Assembly: GCA_015233195.1 (NCBI GenBank)
Contig: JADFYE010000002.1
Coordinates: forward strand, 90,184 to 154,183
Direction of reading: 5' to 3'
Length of the DNA stretch: 64,000 bases
From: Candidatus Omnitrophota bacterium
GTDB lineage: Bacteria; Omnitrophota; Gorgyraeia; Zapsychrales; Zapsychraceae
Positions 10,145-20,059 of the stretch are shown here, in pieces. The position numbers and the translations under genes were made by a program. The stretch's first letter is position 1. Each line of letters begins with the position of its first letter. The notes under the pieces were generated by a model. The model was not told the origin of the DNA. It was given only the letters and a program-made list of their open reading frames with translations, and did no database searches.

Positions 10145-10200
10145 AAAAAAATCTCTTTTGATTTTATATATCAATTGGATATTATAATCAAAAGAGATTT
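10145..10200 (-). terminator. Strong hairpin with U-tract between the 234-aa gene and the rSAM/Moco operon
   Basis: A 14-bp inverted repeat pairs aatctcttttgatt (10150-10163) with aatcaaaagagatt (10186-10199). On the minus strand it is followed by a T-run (10145-10149), only ~15 nt before the rSAM start codon. Confidence 0.7.
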
Positions 10201-10216
10201 TAAATTACATAATTAT

Positions 10217-10900
10217 TTATTGTCCATACATAACTTTTAACTGTTCAACCTTAGGAAACGTCTGATAAAACTCGCCCTGAGGACCAACAAATCCAGTACC
10301 CGATCTTTTAATAACAACAGCATTAAAACCACCTTTACTATTAGGAATATTTACCGTAAAAGTATTATCATCTTGTGATGTTGCTAATGATGCATTACCT
10401 TGCGGTTCCATTGGAGCAACCGGTACCGTCTGAACTGTAGGCGCTACTAGTGTTGGCGCTACATTTACAACATTGATTATCGGTTGAGGAACAACCTGAT
10501 ATCCTTGCGTAGTGTAAACATAATAAACCCCGTCATACGTATAATAAGTTACTCCATTCAAAATAACCTGTTGGTAATAAGAAGGGATAGTTCTTACTCT
10601 AACACCTATAGGCGCACGTACTGCCACAAAATCACCAAACCTGCGGGTATAATAAATCCCATCTACATAATAGTAATCATCTCCGCCTGAATACAAATAC
10701 ACATAATTTCTAGGTAAAAATGACAAACGTAAACCAAAAGAAAAACGATTATGGTCTCTATCCCCAAAATCACGATCATGATGACTATACCCTCCACGAT
10801 CATTATCATCATGTCTGTCTCGGGCAAATGCCTGACCAGTGCTTGCAAAAACCGCTACCACGCTTAAAATTACTCCTAAACTAATAACTTTGTTTTTCAT
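10217..10900 (-). CDS. Secreted His/Asp-rich and Tyr-rich repeat protein
   Basis: I prefer the start at 10900 (MKNKVISLGVILSVVAVFASTGQAFA, a signal peptide) because a GGAGGG RBS lies upstream. The mature protein has an H/D/R-rich stretch followed by YYYVDGIYY / YYTYDGVYYVY repeats. Confidence 0.6.
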   Translation of the reverse strand: MKNKVISLGVILSVVAVFASTGQAFARDRHDDNDRGGYSHHDRDFGDRDHNRFSFGLRLSFLPRNYVYLYSGGDDYYYVDGIYYTRRFGDFVAVRAPIGVRVRTIPSYYQQVILNGVTYYTYDGVYYVYTTQGYQVVPQPIINVVNVAPTLVAPTVQTVPVAPMEPQGNASLATSQDDNTFTVNIPNSKGGFNAVVIKRSGTGFVGPQGEFYQTFPKVEQLKVMYGQ

Positions 10901-10999
10901 CTTGCTACCCTCCTGCCGCAAAAGTTTTATATAATTTCTTCAAACAATTAGACAAGTTTTAATCTCAGAAAGTTTCAATTTAAAACATAGCTATTTAAA

Positions 11000-12205
11000 T
11001 TAAGGTAAATAATTATTAAGCTTTAAATATTCTTGAATTCCTTTAGAAATTATAAAATTAGCTCTAGGTGAGAAATGAACCCGGAATATTTGATTTATAT
11101 CAGTATTAGGCTCCCAAAAATCAATAAGAGGTAATGCATCAATATACTGATAATTTTTCTTTTTGAAATAGTCTAACAACGGCTGATAAACTTTGGTCTT
11201 CTCCAATCTATATCGCTCTAAATCACTAGTTTCCGGAAAAATTACAATTACCGGCATTGAACCATCACGCTTTACCTCCTCGATAAATTTGTCAAATATC
11301 CTAGTTGTAATTTTAAAAGCTATTGAATCAACATTATAAGAACCGCCGGTTATTATGCCATCCCGCTGCTGCTTAAACCTATACCGAACAAGCTTAAACA
11401 ATCTCACTGAAGGTAAAAAATCAAATTTTCCAACATAATATTTACTATTAAAATAAAAATCATATTTACCGATTGCGCTTAAATGCTTCTCCGGATCAGA
11501 TAAAAATGTACGATAATCATTCTTCTGCCGAAAATAATTCGGCATCAACTGCAATTCATCATTCTTTAAATTGTAAACCGGCTTAGGAAAAAGTATATTA
11601 CCCCATTGCCAATAAAAAGGTCGATAATTATTAACATTACGAAATATATTCTCTGAAAGATACCCAATCAATACAATGTCCGGCTTAAAAGCTTTACCTT
11701 CTTTAATATACCGCCAATAAGCCTGATCCAAGCCATAAGCAGGCACACCAAAATTCATTACTTCAACATTAGGCAACATCTTTTCTAAAAAATATTCCCA
11801 TGTGTTAGTATCCAATACTCCTTCACAATAAGTAAATGAATCACCGAAAGCCGCAATACGTTTTTTAAAAGGATCTTTATTAACCGCATAATTACCAGGT
11901 CCTCGTGTACCACTAAAATTTGTGTATACTTTATCTGGCACTACCCAAAAGTTTTTACGCGGTTTCCACCCCAAATCCTTATCAAATTCTAAATATATCC
12001 TAGCCCAATCTTTCCCGTCTAAAATGGAATTAATAAAGTTTTTTTCACTGATAGAAAGAGTAAGTCGTACTGGTTCAAACCTTAATCCTTTGTATTTTGC
12101 TAATAATCCCAAAAATCCCCAACACAATAGCTCAATTAACAAATAAACAACAAGTATTGTTAACCATACTCGTTGATCTATTTTTACTTTTTCAAATATT
12201 TGCAT
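11000..12205 (-). CDS. SGNH/GDSL-like hydrolase with N-terminal membrane anchor
   Basis: There is an N-terminal TM helix. A GDS block (AAFGDSFTYCEG) sits about 130 aa in. The protein lies next to GT39 and deacetylase genes. Confidence 0.55.
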   Translation of the reverse strand: MQIFEKVKIDQRVWLTILVVYLLIELLCWGFLGLLAKYKGLRFEPVRLTLSISEKNFINSILDGKDWARIYLEFDKDLGWKPRKNFWVVPDKVYTNFSGTRGPGNYAVNKDPFKKRIAAFGDSFTYCEGVLDTNTWEYFLEKMLPNVEVMNFGVPAYGLDQAYWRYIKEGKAFKPDIVLIGYLSENIFRNVNNYRPFYWQWGNILFPKPVYNLKNDELQLMPNYFRQKNDYRTFLSDPEKHLSAIGKYDFYFNSKYYVGKFDFLPSVRLFKLVRYRFKQQRDGIITGGSYNVDSIAFKITTRIFDKFIEEVKRDGSMPVIVIFPETSDLERYRLEKTKVYQPLLDYFKKKNYQYIDALPLIDFWEPNTDINQIFRVHFSPRANFIISKGIQEYLKLNNYLP

Positions 12206-12512
12206 ATTAAAAAACCTTGCTGACCATAAATTATTAATTTATATATATTAAAATAACTTCAGATTTTTGGGTAACTAACCAACGTTCTTTTTTATTGATA
12301 ATTATCTCCCAGCAAGGTTGGAATAAAGATCGTGAAAAATCTTTAGCAAAAACTAACCTGATTGTATAAGAATTTATCTTTCGATTTTTGCGTTGTTTTA
12401 AAACAACAGATAATGCCTCTGTTTTGCCAACACTCAAATATTTTTTCTGCCCGGTTTTGCTCCAGTTAAAACCTCATCAACTTGCGCCCTGGTCTTAGAT
12501 CCGCCCCCAACT

Positions 12513-14174
12513 TTATAATCTCTCAAACCTAACTATATATTCATCCCCGATCTGTTTTAAAATTCGGATCTCATATAGCCCTGCAATATGCCGATTTAAT
12601 ATTTCAATATCCGAATCTTTTATAATTCCGTATATTTCCTTATAGTTGCTGAGAAAATTTAAAACTTTTTCCTGGGTATTTAAATAAGGTATGGGATGCG
12701 GGCTGAAATAATTATCTCCGCTATCAACTACTACAATTTTTTTATCAGTATAGAACCGTACTCCACGAGCATAAAATTTTGAAGCTATTACAGTTGTACC
12801 AACCGGATAATTTTTGATTAAATATTCACACGCAAATTTACCGGATATGTACGGCTCAATCTGCCCCATAGACATGAATCCTGCAGTTAAGAGAAACGGA
12901 ACCTGCAAAGACGTAAAAAATACGCCCCACTCATATTTTTTCTTAAGTATCAATACCAATAAGACTACCGCTATACCTAACGCTAATCCAACCAAAAAAT
13001 TTATTACTGAAGCCTGCGGCAAATAATTATAGTAATTAAAATGTATCACTCCTTTTGAAAATAAAATAAGCAGCAATGGCAAGACAAACATTTGAAGCAT
13101 GGACACCCATAAAAATATTTTTAACCATTTACTATCCTGTTTTTTAAACAACGCCTCGAGAAAAACACTAATCATAACCGCAAACGCAGGAAACGCAGGA
13201 AAAATATAACTCGCTAATTTTGAATGCGCGACCTGAACGATTAAAAACATACCTGCCACCCAACAAAATAAATAAAGATAAATCACCTCTGCCTTTTTAT
13301 CCATAATACGTTTCCATAAATAAAAAACAGATCCAATAGTTAAAACACTCCAAGGAAAAGTTCCACCGATCAAAGTCATGGGATAAAAATACCAACGGTC
13401 ACTGCTTTTATGTTCTGCTTCAATTATGCGGCGATAATGATCATTATAAAAAAATTCATGCGTAAACGTATGTCCGTAAAGTTTGATCATATAAACATAC
13501 CAAGGCAACGCTATCACAAAAAACAATACCCACCCCCAAAAAAAAGTTTTACTAAATAAAAATTTAATATCTTTTCGTAAAAACAAAAACAGTATTACCG
13601 CGGCAATAGGAAAGACTATTCCTAATAATCCTTTGGTAAGAACCGCTAAAGCTGAAAAAATAAAAAATCCCCATACCTCTTTACGGTTATCACTAACTGG
13701 TTTAGTATACGCCAAATAAAAATAAATCATTGCCAACAATATCCATACCGAAAAAATCATATCTGTAAACACCGTCCGTGCCAAACCAATATACATTCCC
13801 ATAGACATTAAACAAAGCGCGGCGAATAAAGCTTTGCGCGAATTTTTAAATACTTTATTCGTCCAAAGAAATATAGCCAAGCATCCGATTAAAGCGAATA
13901 CTGCTGGAAAAAAACGACTGGCAAAAGGCGTTTCGCCAAAAATTTTATATGCTAAACGAATACACCAATAAGTAAAGATTGGTTTTTCAAACTGCGGCTG
14001 ACCAAATAAATATGGAACCATCCAGGTCTTTTGCTGGATCATCTCTCTAGCGGTTTGACTATAAAAAACCTCATCTGGATTAGTTAAACTGATAATATTA
14101 TTACCGGCGATAAAAAACAACAATCCTAAAATAAAAACAATAAGAAAATTCCGTATAAAAATTTTATCTTTCAT
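12513..14174 (-). CDS. GT-C glycosyltransferase, family 39 / ArnT-PMT-like
   Basis: At least 10 predicted TM helices. The first loop carries a DE motif (NPDEVFYSQTAREM), typical of ArnT/PMT enzymes. A soluble C-terminal domain follows. Confidence 0.75.
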   Translation of the reverse strand: MKDKIFIRNFLIVFILGLLFFIAGNNIISLTNPDEVFYSQTAREMIQQKTWMVPYLFGQPQFEKPIFTYWCIRLAYKIFGETPFASRFFPAVFALIGCLAIFLWTNKVFKNSRKALFAALCLMSMGMYIGLARTVFTDMIFSVWILLAMIYFYLAYTKPVSDNRKEVWGFFIFSALAVLTKGLLGIVFPIAAVILFLFLRKDIKFLFSKTFFWGWVLFFVIALPWYVYMIKLYGHTFTHEFFYNDHYRRIIEAEHKSSDRWYFYPMTLIGGTFPWSVLTIGSVFYLWKRIMDKKAEVIYLYLFCWVAGMFLIVQVAHSKLASYIFPAFPAFAVMISVFLEALFKKQDSKWLKIFLWVSMLQMFVLPLLLILFSKGVIHFNYYNYLPQASVINFLVGLALGIAVVLLVLILKKKYEWGVFFTSLQVPFLLTAGFMSMGQIEPYISGKFACEYLIKNYPVGTTVIASKFYARGVRFYTDKKIVVVDSGDNYFSPHPIPYLNTQEKVLNFLSNYKEIYGIIKDSDIEILNRHIAGLYEIRILKQIGDEYIVRFERL

Positions 14175-14916
14175 GCGCCTCCTGCATTTTTATAAGTTCC
14201 CCCACAGTAACAAACCTATACCCTTTTTTACGTAATAGTTCTGCCAACTGACCAATAACTTTTACAGTTTCTATCCGACTTCCACCTTCAGGCTTAATCA
14301 CTCCTCCCGCATCATGAAATAAAATTATATCGCCGGGTCTATCCTTCTTATCCACATAATTAAGAATTAATTTATCATCAAAAGTAACCCAATCTTTAGT
14401 ATTTATCCTCCATAAAACTATGGTATACCCTAATTTTTGTATTTCTTTTTTTTGCTTACTATTGATCCAAGCTTTGGGCGGTCTAAATAAAGTGGGCGTT
14501 TGACCTGTAATCCGCTCAATAACTGCTTCACCATCTCTCACTTCTTTCATCGCATCTGCTAACGGCAGATCAAATAAAACTTTGTGGTTCATGGTATGAT
14601 TGCCAATTTCATGTCCTTCAGCTATTATCCGTTTAACTATATCCGGATATTGCTGCACATGTTTTCCAACCAAAAAAAATGTTGCATGGATATGTGCTTT
14701 TTTTAACTCATCTAATATCAGCGGCGTCCATTTTTCTGATGGTCCGTCGTCAAAAGTCAAAGCAACTACCTTTTCTGACACATTTGCATGATAAAAAGTT
14801 TTTTTGCGAAACATAACTGACTGATCCCAAAATATCGTTATTGCCACAAAAACAATAACGCCAGTCAGCGCAGCAATTATAATTCTAATTTTATGTATAC
14901 TAAAAAACGCCCACAT
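14164..14916 (-). CDS. Polysaccharide deacetylase (NodB homology domain)
   Basis: It has the TFDDGP motif, an H-x4-H metal motif (GHEIGNHTMNH) and the RPP motif (LFRPPKA), plus an N-terminal TM anchor. Confidence 0.85.
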   Translation of the reverse strand: MWAFFSIHKIRIIIAALTGVIVFVAITIFWDQSVMFRKKTFYHANVSEKVVALTFDDGPSEKWTPLILDELKKAHIHATFFLVGKHVQQYPDIVKRIIAEGHEIGNHTMNHKVLFDLPLADAMKEVRDGEAVIERITGQTPTLFRPPKAWINSKQKKEIQKLGYTIVLWRINTKDWVTFDDKLILNYVDKKDRPGDIILFHDAGGVIKPEGGSRIETVKVIGQLAELLRKKGYRFVTVGELIKMQEAHER

Positions 14917-14979
14917 ATTTATATCTTTCTAATTAAATTTCGTCTTTTATAACATAAAAGGAAGCTGGATACAACTTTA

Positions 14980-15008
14980 AAAAAAAGGCAACCCATTTCT
15001 GAGTTGCC
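14980..15008 (-). terminator. Rho-independent terminator after the PEP-CTERM gene
   Basis: Stem ggcaac (14987-14992) pairs with gttgcc (15003-15008). The A-run at 14980-14986 gives a U-tract on the minus strand. Confidence 0.6.
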
Positions 15009-15037
15009 TATTATTCTAAATATAAAATTATTACTTA

Positions 15038-15595
15038 TTATTTTCTGCGAGCAAAAGCTAAACCACTCAAACCAGTACCAAAAAGTAATAATGAAATCGG
15101 TTCAGGAACTACATTACTAGTTTCGTTTATAGACATATTATCAACGCTTGGCCAAAACCCATTGTAATATGGAGCATTACCTGGGGCATAAAACGTGAAA
15201 GAAGAAATATTCTCTGTGTCAACACTTACATTAAGCCAAGTATTCCAAGCTGTATAATTTGTCAGATCAATAGTTGATGCCCAAACTTGTTGGTGAGACG
15301 AATCAAATGCTGCGATATCGATAAATCGTCCTGATCCTCCACCGTATCCTTCCCAAGGCATAGCATTCATTTGAAAACTGTTAACCCGGGTTGGAGAAGT
15401 GAAATAAATAAAATCATTACTATCATATTGCTCATTATAAAGATGTCCGCCGCCATCACCATTCCAAGTCATCTGTCCACCTAAAGTTACACCTAAAGTA
15501 CTTGGATCATCAAAAGTCAACATTGTGGCTGATGCTTTTCCGGCAAAACCCGCGATAACTAACACTGCTACTGCCAAACTTAACAACTTACGCAT
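15038..15595 (-). CDS. PEP-CTERM sorting-domain protein
   Basis: Signal peptide is MRKLLSLAVAVLVIAGFAGKASA. The C-terminus VVPEPISLLLFGTGLSGLAFARRK has the canonical layout of PEP motif, TM helix and basic tail. Confidence 0.85.
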   Translation of the reverse strand: MRKLLSLAVAVLVIAGFAGKASATMLTFDDPSTLGVTLGGQMTWNGDGGGHLYNEQYDSNDFIYFTSPTRVNSFQMNAMPWEGYGGGSGRFIDIAAFDSSHQQVWASTIDLTNYTAWNTWLNVSVDTENISSFTFYAPGNAPYYNGFWPSVDNMSINETSNVVPEPISLLLFGTGLSGLAFARRK

Positions 15596-15697
15596 ATATA
15601 TCTCCTCTGTTAAAAATAATTAATATGTCTAATTAATAAATGGAAGATAAATGTAATATATCATCATCGCATTGTCAACCCCCCAGTCTATGACATA

Positions 15698-16663
15698 CTA
15701 TGACATCAAATTAAACCAAAGCCCTATCTCCGAAAAATATTTTTCTACAGTTTTAGCCCGGCAAATCTTTTGGTACAAAACATTACCTTTTTCTATGTTT
15801 TTAGACCAATAAAACCATAATTCTTTCATCTTATCCAAAACATGCGCTGAGCCGCTATAATTTTCCTGATAAACTGCCAATAAAGCATTATGAAACGCCA
15901 TAAACTTTTTCGCCCGTTCCTCTTTCGTCGCTGAGCTAATGCCTTTTATTGCTTCCGGCAAAAAAGGATCAGCAATCCCGCCCCGACCAATCATCCATCT
16001 TTTTATTTTAGGAAAACGGCTGTTTAACTTTTTAAATGTTTCTATCGAATTTATATCGCCGTTATAAACCACAGTGTGTTTAGTCAAAGGTAAGCATACC
16101 GCAAACGCGTCGACATCCGCAACACCTTTATACATTTGTTTTCCAGTACGAGGGTGGATTATTATTTCTTCTAAAGGAAAAACGTTAAGCCGTGGTAAAA
16201 GCCGCAGAATATCTTCTGAATTTTCCCGTCCTAACCGAACCTTTAATGATAATTTATTCGGAATATTTGGCATCACCTGTTCTAATATTGAAACAATCTT
16301 ATCCGGGTAAGCCATCAATCCTGAACCGCGGTCTTTATTCCTAACTTTTGGCAAAGGACAACCTAAATTCCAATTCACCGTATCATAACCCAGATCAAAC
16401 ATCGCCTTAGCTAGCACCATAAAATCATCCGCATCTTTACTTAAAATTTGCGGGATTATTTTTCCAGCAAAATTATTACATTCAGGTAAAATATCTTTTA
16501 ACCGCGCCCGTTTAACCTGCGACCCCTGGGAACTCGCCACAAACGGAGTTACTACCGCGTCATATCCGGAAAAATATTTAGAATACACATCACGATAAAA
16601 ATGATTGGTAACGCCTTGGATAGGCGCCATGTATAAATACGGAAAAACTATTCCTGCAGTCAT
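15698..16663 (-). CDS. tRNA-dihydrouridine synthase family protein
   Basis: A Dus-like TIM barrel is indicated by MAPIQGVTNHFYRD, NLGCPLPKV (catalytic Cys region) and IIHPRTGKQMYKG. Confidence 0.8.
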   Translation of the reverse strand: MTAGIVFPYLYMAPIQGVTNHFYRDVYSKYFSGYDAVVTPFVASSQGSQVKRARLKDILPECNNFAGKIIPQILSKDADDFMVLAKAMFDLGYDTVNWNLGCPLPKVRNKDRGSGLMAYPDKIVSILEQVMPNIPNKLSLKVRLGRENSEDILRLLPRLNVFPLEEIIIHPRTGKQMYKGVADVDAFAVCLPLTKHTVVYNGDINSIETFKKLNSRFPKIKRWMIGRGGIADPFLPEAIKGISSATKEERAKKFMAFHNALLAVYQENYSGSAHVLDKMKELWFYWSKNIEKGNVLYQKICRAKTVEKYFSEIGLWFNLMS

Positions 16664-16675
16664 TCTTTTATTTTC

Positions 16676-18283
16676 CTAATATTTCCAAAAACCACTTTGT
16701 ATCGTATCCAACAATACTTGAGTATTTATCAGCGTTAAATCATGCGGTTTTTTATCGCCCAGAGTAAATCTTAGATATATTTCCTGTTCATAAACCTTAT
16801 TAACATCTTTATTATCCTGCATTTTATATACCAGAACTAAAGCATCATTCGTGCTGCCAAAATTCATACCAATAATTTTCCAGCCCTTGTCTTTAACAAT
16901 CTCTCTAAACATACAATTATAAATAGAAAAAATATTGTCTTTAAAATTCGTAGTCAACGTCCCAAACTCGTCATATCTTGCCTGGGCGGCAAACTTAGAC
17001 GGATATACCAAAAATAAATCGTTCTTTCCATAATTTAAAATATCTTGCATGGCATTTTTAATATACCTAACCTCTAAATTACTCGGCAGAACCCGGTAAA
17101 TATAAACATTCTTCGCAGCGAAAAACCCGCCCACAATAGCGCCGGCAAACAATAGTCCGACGAATAATTTTTTAAATTTTTTATCCGATAAAACCGAACA
17201 CCAATATTTTACAGATAAAACCAACGCCACCATCGTCAGAACACTAATCCCAACACAACAACGATAAAACGGAGCATTACCCTTAGACACTAAATTAGGT
17301 AAAAAACTCATAAAAAAACAAATAATGAAGAGCAAAGCAAAAAACCAAAATTGCTGTTTATTTTTTGAGATCACAGCTTTAATTAAAAACGTAATTACAA
17401 TTATTCCGCCTATAACAACTGCGACCCATACTTTAGGAAAAACATTCCAAAGATTCAAAGTGTTAAATAATGGTTCTCGTACAAACCAACTTAATTTATT
17501 CATCACATCAAAAGACAATCCTGTAGTGTTATATACTGGATTGATCACGTTTCCGGCATTGACATAATCAGCATAATGTTTATTAAACTGTAAATATCCG
17601 AAATATCCCGCCAAGCCTAAGAACCCGGTATAAAAGTAATTAACTGCTTTTTTGAAAAGCTCTTGAACAGGCTGTTCGTTTTTTGCGGCAAAAAGATAAA
17701 GAAAAACCATAACCCAATAAAACGCTATACCCGACTGGTAAATCAAGCACGAACCTAAAAGTAAAACAGCTGATACGACCACGAATTTATTAATTAACCT
17801 TTTTGTTAAAGTATCGTTTATAGAAATTTTACTAGCAGACCAGGCTGACAGAATCGAAAGCAATAACGCAAAAGGCGCATGGCTAACCAAACTCCACGAT
17901 ATATAAACCTCAAAAGGCGGTAAAGTCAATATCATCAAAGAAACCAAAAATGCTTGCAACCGGTTAGACAAAATCTTCTCTAAAAAATACATAAAAACTC
18001 CGCCGCATATACAAACCTGGACCAACGCGAAATATCTCAAAATTCTAAGACCATCCAAATCATTTATTAACCAGCTGGCGATTGAATAATATACCGTACT
18101 TCCCGGACGACCTAATGCCTGAAAAAAATCACGGTAAACATGCACTGGGAATGGACCAAAACCTTTTACAAACAAAGAAAAATCGTCTGAGTATCCATAA
18201 TTCATAAAAAAAGCCGGAAAAAATATTAATGATAAAACCATTAACAATAATGACGGGTAAAGATATTTTTCGTAACGTGCCAT
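16676..18283 (-). CDS. Polytopic membrane protein, possible GT-C glycosyltransferase
   Basis: About 12 hydrophobic segments. An acidic motif sits in the first loop (NYGYSDDFSLF). A soluble C-terminal domain follows. There is no diagnostic catalytic motif beyond this. Confidence 0.5.
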   Translation of the reverse strand: MARYEKYLYPSLLLMVLSLIFFPAFFMNYGYSDDFSLFVKGFGPFPVHVYRDFFQALGRPGSTVYYSIASWLINDLDGLRILRYFALVQVCICGGVFMYFLEKILSNRLQAFLVSLMILTLPPFEVYISWSLVSHAPFALLLSILSAWSASKISINDTLTKRLINKFVVVSAVLLLGSCLIYQSGIAFYWVMVFLYLFAAKNEQPVQELFKKAVNYFYTGFLGLAGYFGYLQFNKHYADYVNAGNVINPVYNTTGLSFDVMNKLSWFVREPLFNTLNLWNVFPKVWVAVVIGGIIVITFLIKAVISKNKQQFWFFALLFIICFFMSFLPNLVSKGNAPFYRCCVGISVLTMVALVLSVKYWCSVLSDKKFKKLFVGLLFAGAIVGGFFAAKNVYIYRVLPSNLEVRYIKNAMQDILNYGKNDLFLVYPSKFAAQARYDEFGTLTTNFKDNIFSIYNCMFREIVKDKGWKIIGMNFGSTNDALVLVYKMQDNKDVNKVYEQEIYLRFTLGDKKPHDLTLINTQVLLDTIQSGFWKY

Positions 18284-18295
18284 ATCCTGCCTTTC

Positions 18296-19144
18296 TTAAC
18301 CAATTTTAACCCGAAATTTTTCAACCATAACATCCGGGTCATACGAAGCTTTAGCAGTTTTCAACGCTAAAATACCCATGTCCTGTTCCAAATTAATCCA
18401 CTCATATTTCTGAGGTAATATGTTAGCAAACTGATTAAACATGTATTGATACAGCCCTTTAAACTTGCGCTTGCCTTTGGCAAAATGCAAACAAAACATC
18501 GTAGAATTCAATTCCTCGCCTAATAAAAAACCCGCAGGTTCATTATTAACATAATAAATACCCCCGCACAAAACTAAATCATCATATAATTCCAAAGCTT
18601 CCCTGCAATTAAAATAATCCGTCTTATTTTTTTCTTCCCCCATATCCGCTTGCCAAGCATCCAAAATATTAAACGCGTCAGCCATCCGCTCTTTAATTAA
18701 AGGCAAAGCCTGAACCTTATATGCAGCTAAAAATTGATTAAGCAAATTTTTTTTACTGTGTAATTTCTGACCCTTATAGGTAGATAACCGCTCAACCTTA
18801 AAAACATAATCCGAATCATTTTTGTTAAAACTAATTTCTGCACCGCTCGACGTAAATATCTCAGTCCATTCTTTTGGTATCGGATAAATAAAATCAATAT
18901 CTTTTGCTGCTTCCAATAAATACGAAATATCGACCCCGCTAAGATTTTCTGTGGGCATAATAAACTTCTGCCCTTCTTGAGTTTGACCCCTAATTAAATA
19001 TTTATCCCCCAGGGCTAGTAACTCATATTTATACATGTCCCTGAACAAATAGATGCTAGCAAAAGTATACTCGGAAAGAAATATGGGGATGCGTTTAAAG
19101 CGCTCATTTAATAATTGTTGATGTTCTAAAGAAATCTTAAACAT
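18296..19144 (-). CDS. DUF2156-like protein (resembles the aminoacyl-phosphatidylglycerol synthase C-terminal, GNAT-fold domain)
   Basis: 282 aa and soluble. The N-terminal block SEYTFASIYLFRDMYKYE and the overall length and pattern match my recollection of standalone DUF2156 / MprF C-terminal domains. I could not verify this by search. Confidence 0.5.
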   Translation of the reverse strand: MFKISLEHQQLLNERFKRIPIFLSEYTFASIYLFRDMYKYELLALGDKYLIRGQTQEGQKFIMPTENLSGVDISYLLEAAKDIDFIYPIPKEWTEIFTSSGAEISFNKNDSDYVFKVERLSTYKGQKLHSKKNLLNQFLAAYKVQALPLIKERMADAFNILDAWQADMGEEKNKTDYFNCREALELYDDLVLCGGIYYVNNEPAGFLLGEELNSTMFCLHFAKGKRKFKGLYQYMFNQFANILPQKYEWINLEQDMGILALKTAKASYDPDVMVEKFRVKIG

Positions 19145-19161
19145 AAAATATTATATCATCC

Positions 19162-20013
19162 TTAATTCAGAGGCGCTTTCAATAATTCAACCCAATGTTC
19201 TATCCAGCCTGACCCATGAGTCGCGCCGCGTACAACAGTAATTTTTTTATGGTTATTGTCGCCCATTTTTTCTACAAATGACTGCGCCATAAAACCCGGC
19301 ACTATTTTATCCGATCCCCCTACAAAATGTCTTTGAGGTAGTGCTGCGATCTTATCTGCCACGTCCAAAGGATTAAGCGATCCGTAGAGCTGGCTTACAT
19401 GATGATAAGCACTCCACTCCCTTATATCTAAATTACCAGCAACTGTGCGCAAAGTAACAACATCACTACGCGCTGCTGCAACCAGTACTGCTAATGCCCC
19501 ACCGCCTGAATACCCCACCAGTTCTATAGCGCTAGCACCTGACTTTTCTTTCAAGGCATCAATTACTTTACTCATAGCCTCAACCACTTCAGGAGCAAAA
19601 CGTTTTTTTGACCAATAACTTGAATCACACTTTGGTAAATCAACATTTAAAAATTGTCCTGGTCTTGCAATATAAGCAACATTATCCGACGGGTCAAGTA
19701 CAGCTAAACGTAAACCAAGCGGATTTAAAGGGGTGGGATCATCTGAAAGTTTATATTTACTTTTCCAAGCGTGTCCATCGCCTTCAATATAAACCCGTAA
19801 AATAGGTGCTAGCACTCTATTATTAAATTTTTGGTAAGTTAAAAGATAAAAATCATTAGCAGTAACATATTCTTTTTTGAATCCGGATTTACTAGCTATA
19901 TCCTCGCTGACCTGCGCCCTATTCTGGAACGCCGGAATTGTAGCGCAACCGCATAAAGCCGGTAATAATAAAACAATTACCAAATTAAAAATTAATTTTA
20001 TTTTATTCATCAT
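19162..20013 (-). CDS. Alpha/beta-hydrolase lipoprotein (possibly VirJ/AcvB-like)
   Basis: A lipobox-like signal (LLLPALCGC) is present. The nucleophile elbow is GYSGGG (GxSxG), with a C-terminal His (GATHGSGW). Confidence 0.6.
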   Translation of the reverse strand: MMNKIKLIFNLVIVLLLPALCGCATIPAFQNRAQVSEDIASKSGFKKEYVTANDFYLLTYQKFNNRVLAPILRVYIEGDGHAWKSKYKLSDDPTPLNPLGLRLAVLDPSDNVAYIARPGQFLNVDLPKCDSSYWSKKRFAPEVVEAMSKVIDALKEKSGASAIELVGYSGGGALAVLVAAARSDVVTLRTVAGNLDIREWSAYHHVSQLYGSLNPLDVADKIAALPQRHFVGGSDKIVPGFMAQSFVEKMGDNNHKKITVVRGATHGSGWIEHWVELLKAPLN

Positions 20014-20059
20014 TACCCTAAATTAATAACCCCGGAATGACCCGGGGCTATATTTTATC

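Noticed and set aside
12234-12437. A 67-aa TTG-start ORF in the 300-bp gap between the GT39 and SGNH genes. The open frame extends upstream as ...GGGSKTRAQVDEVLTGAKPGRKKY.
   Set aside because: It has no recognisable motif or RBS. It could be a gene remnant, but I cannot support a call.
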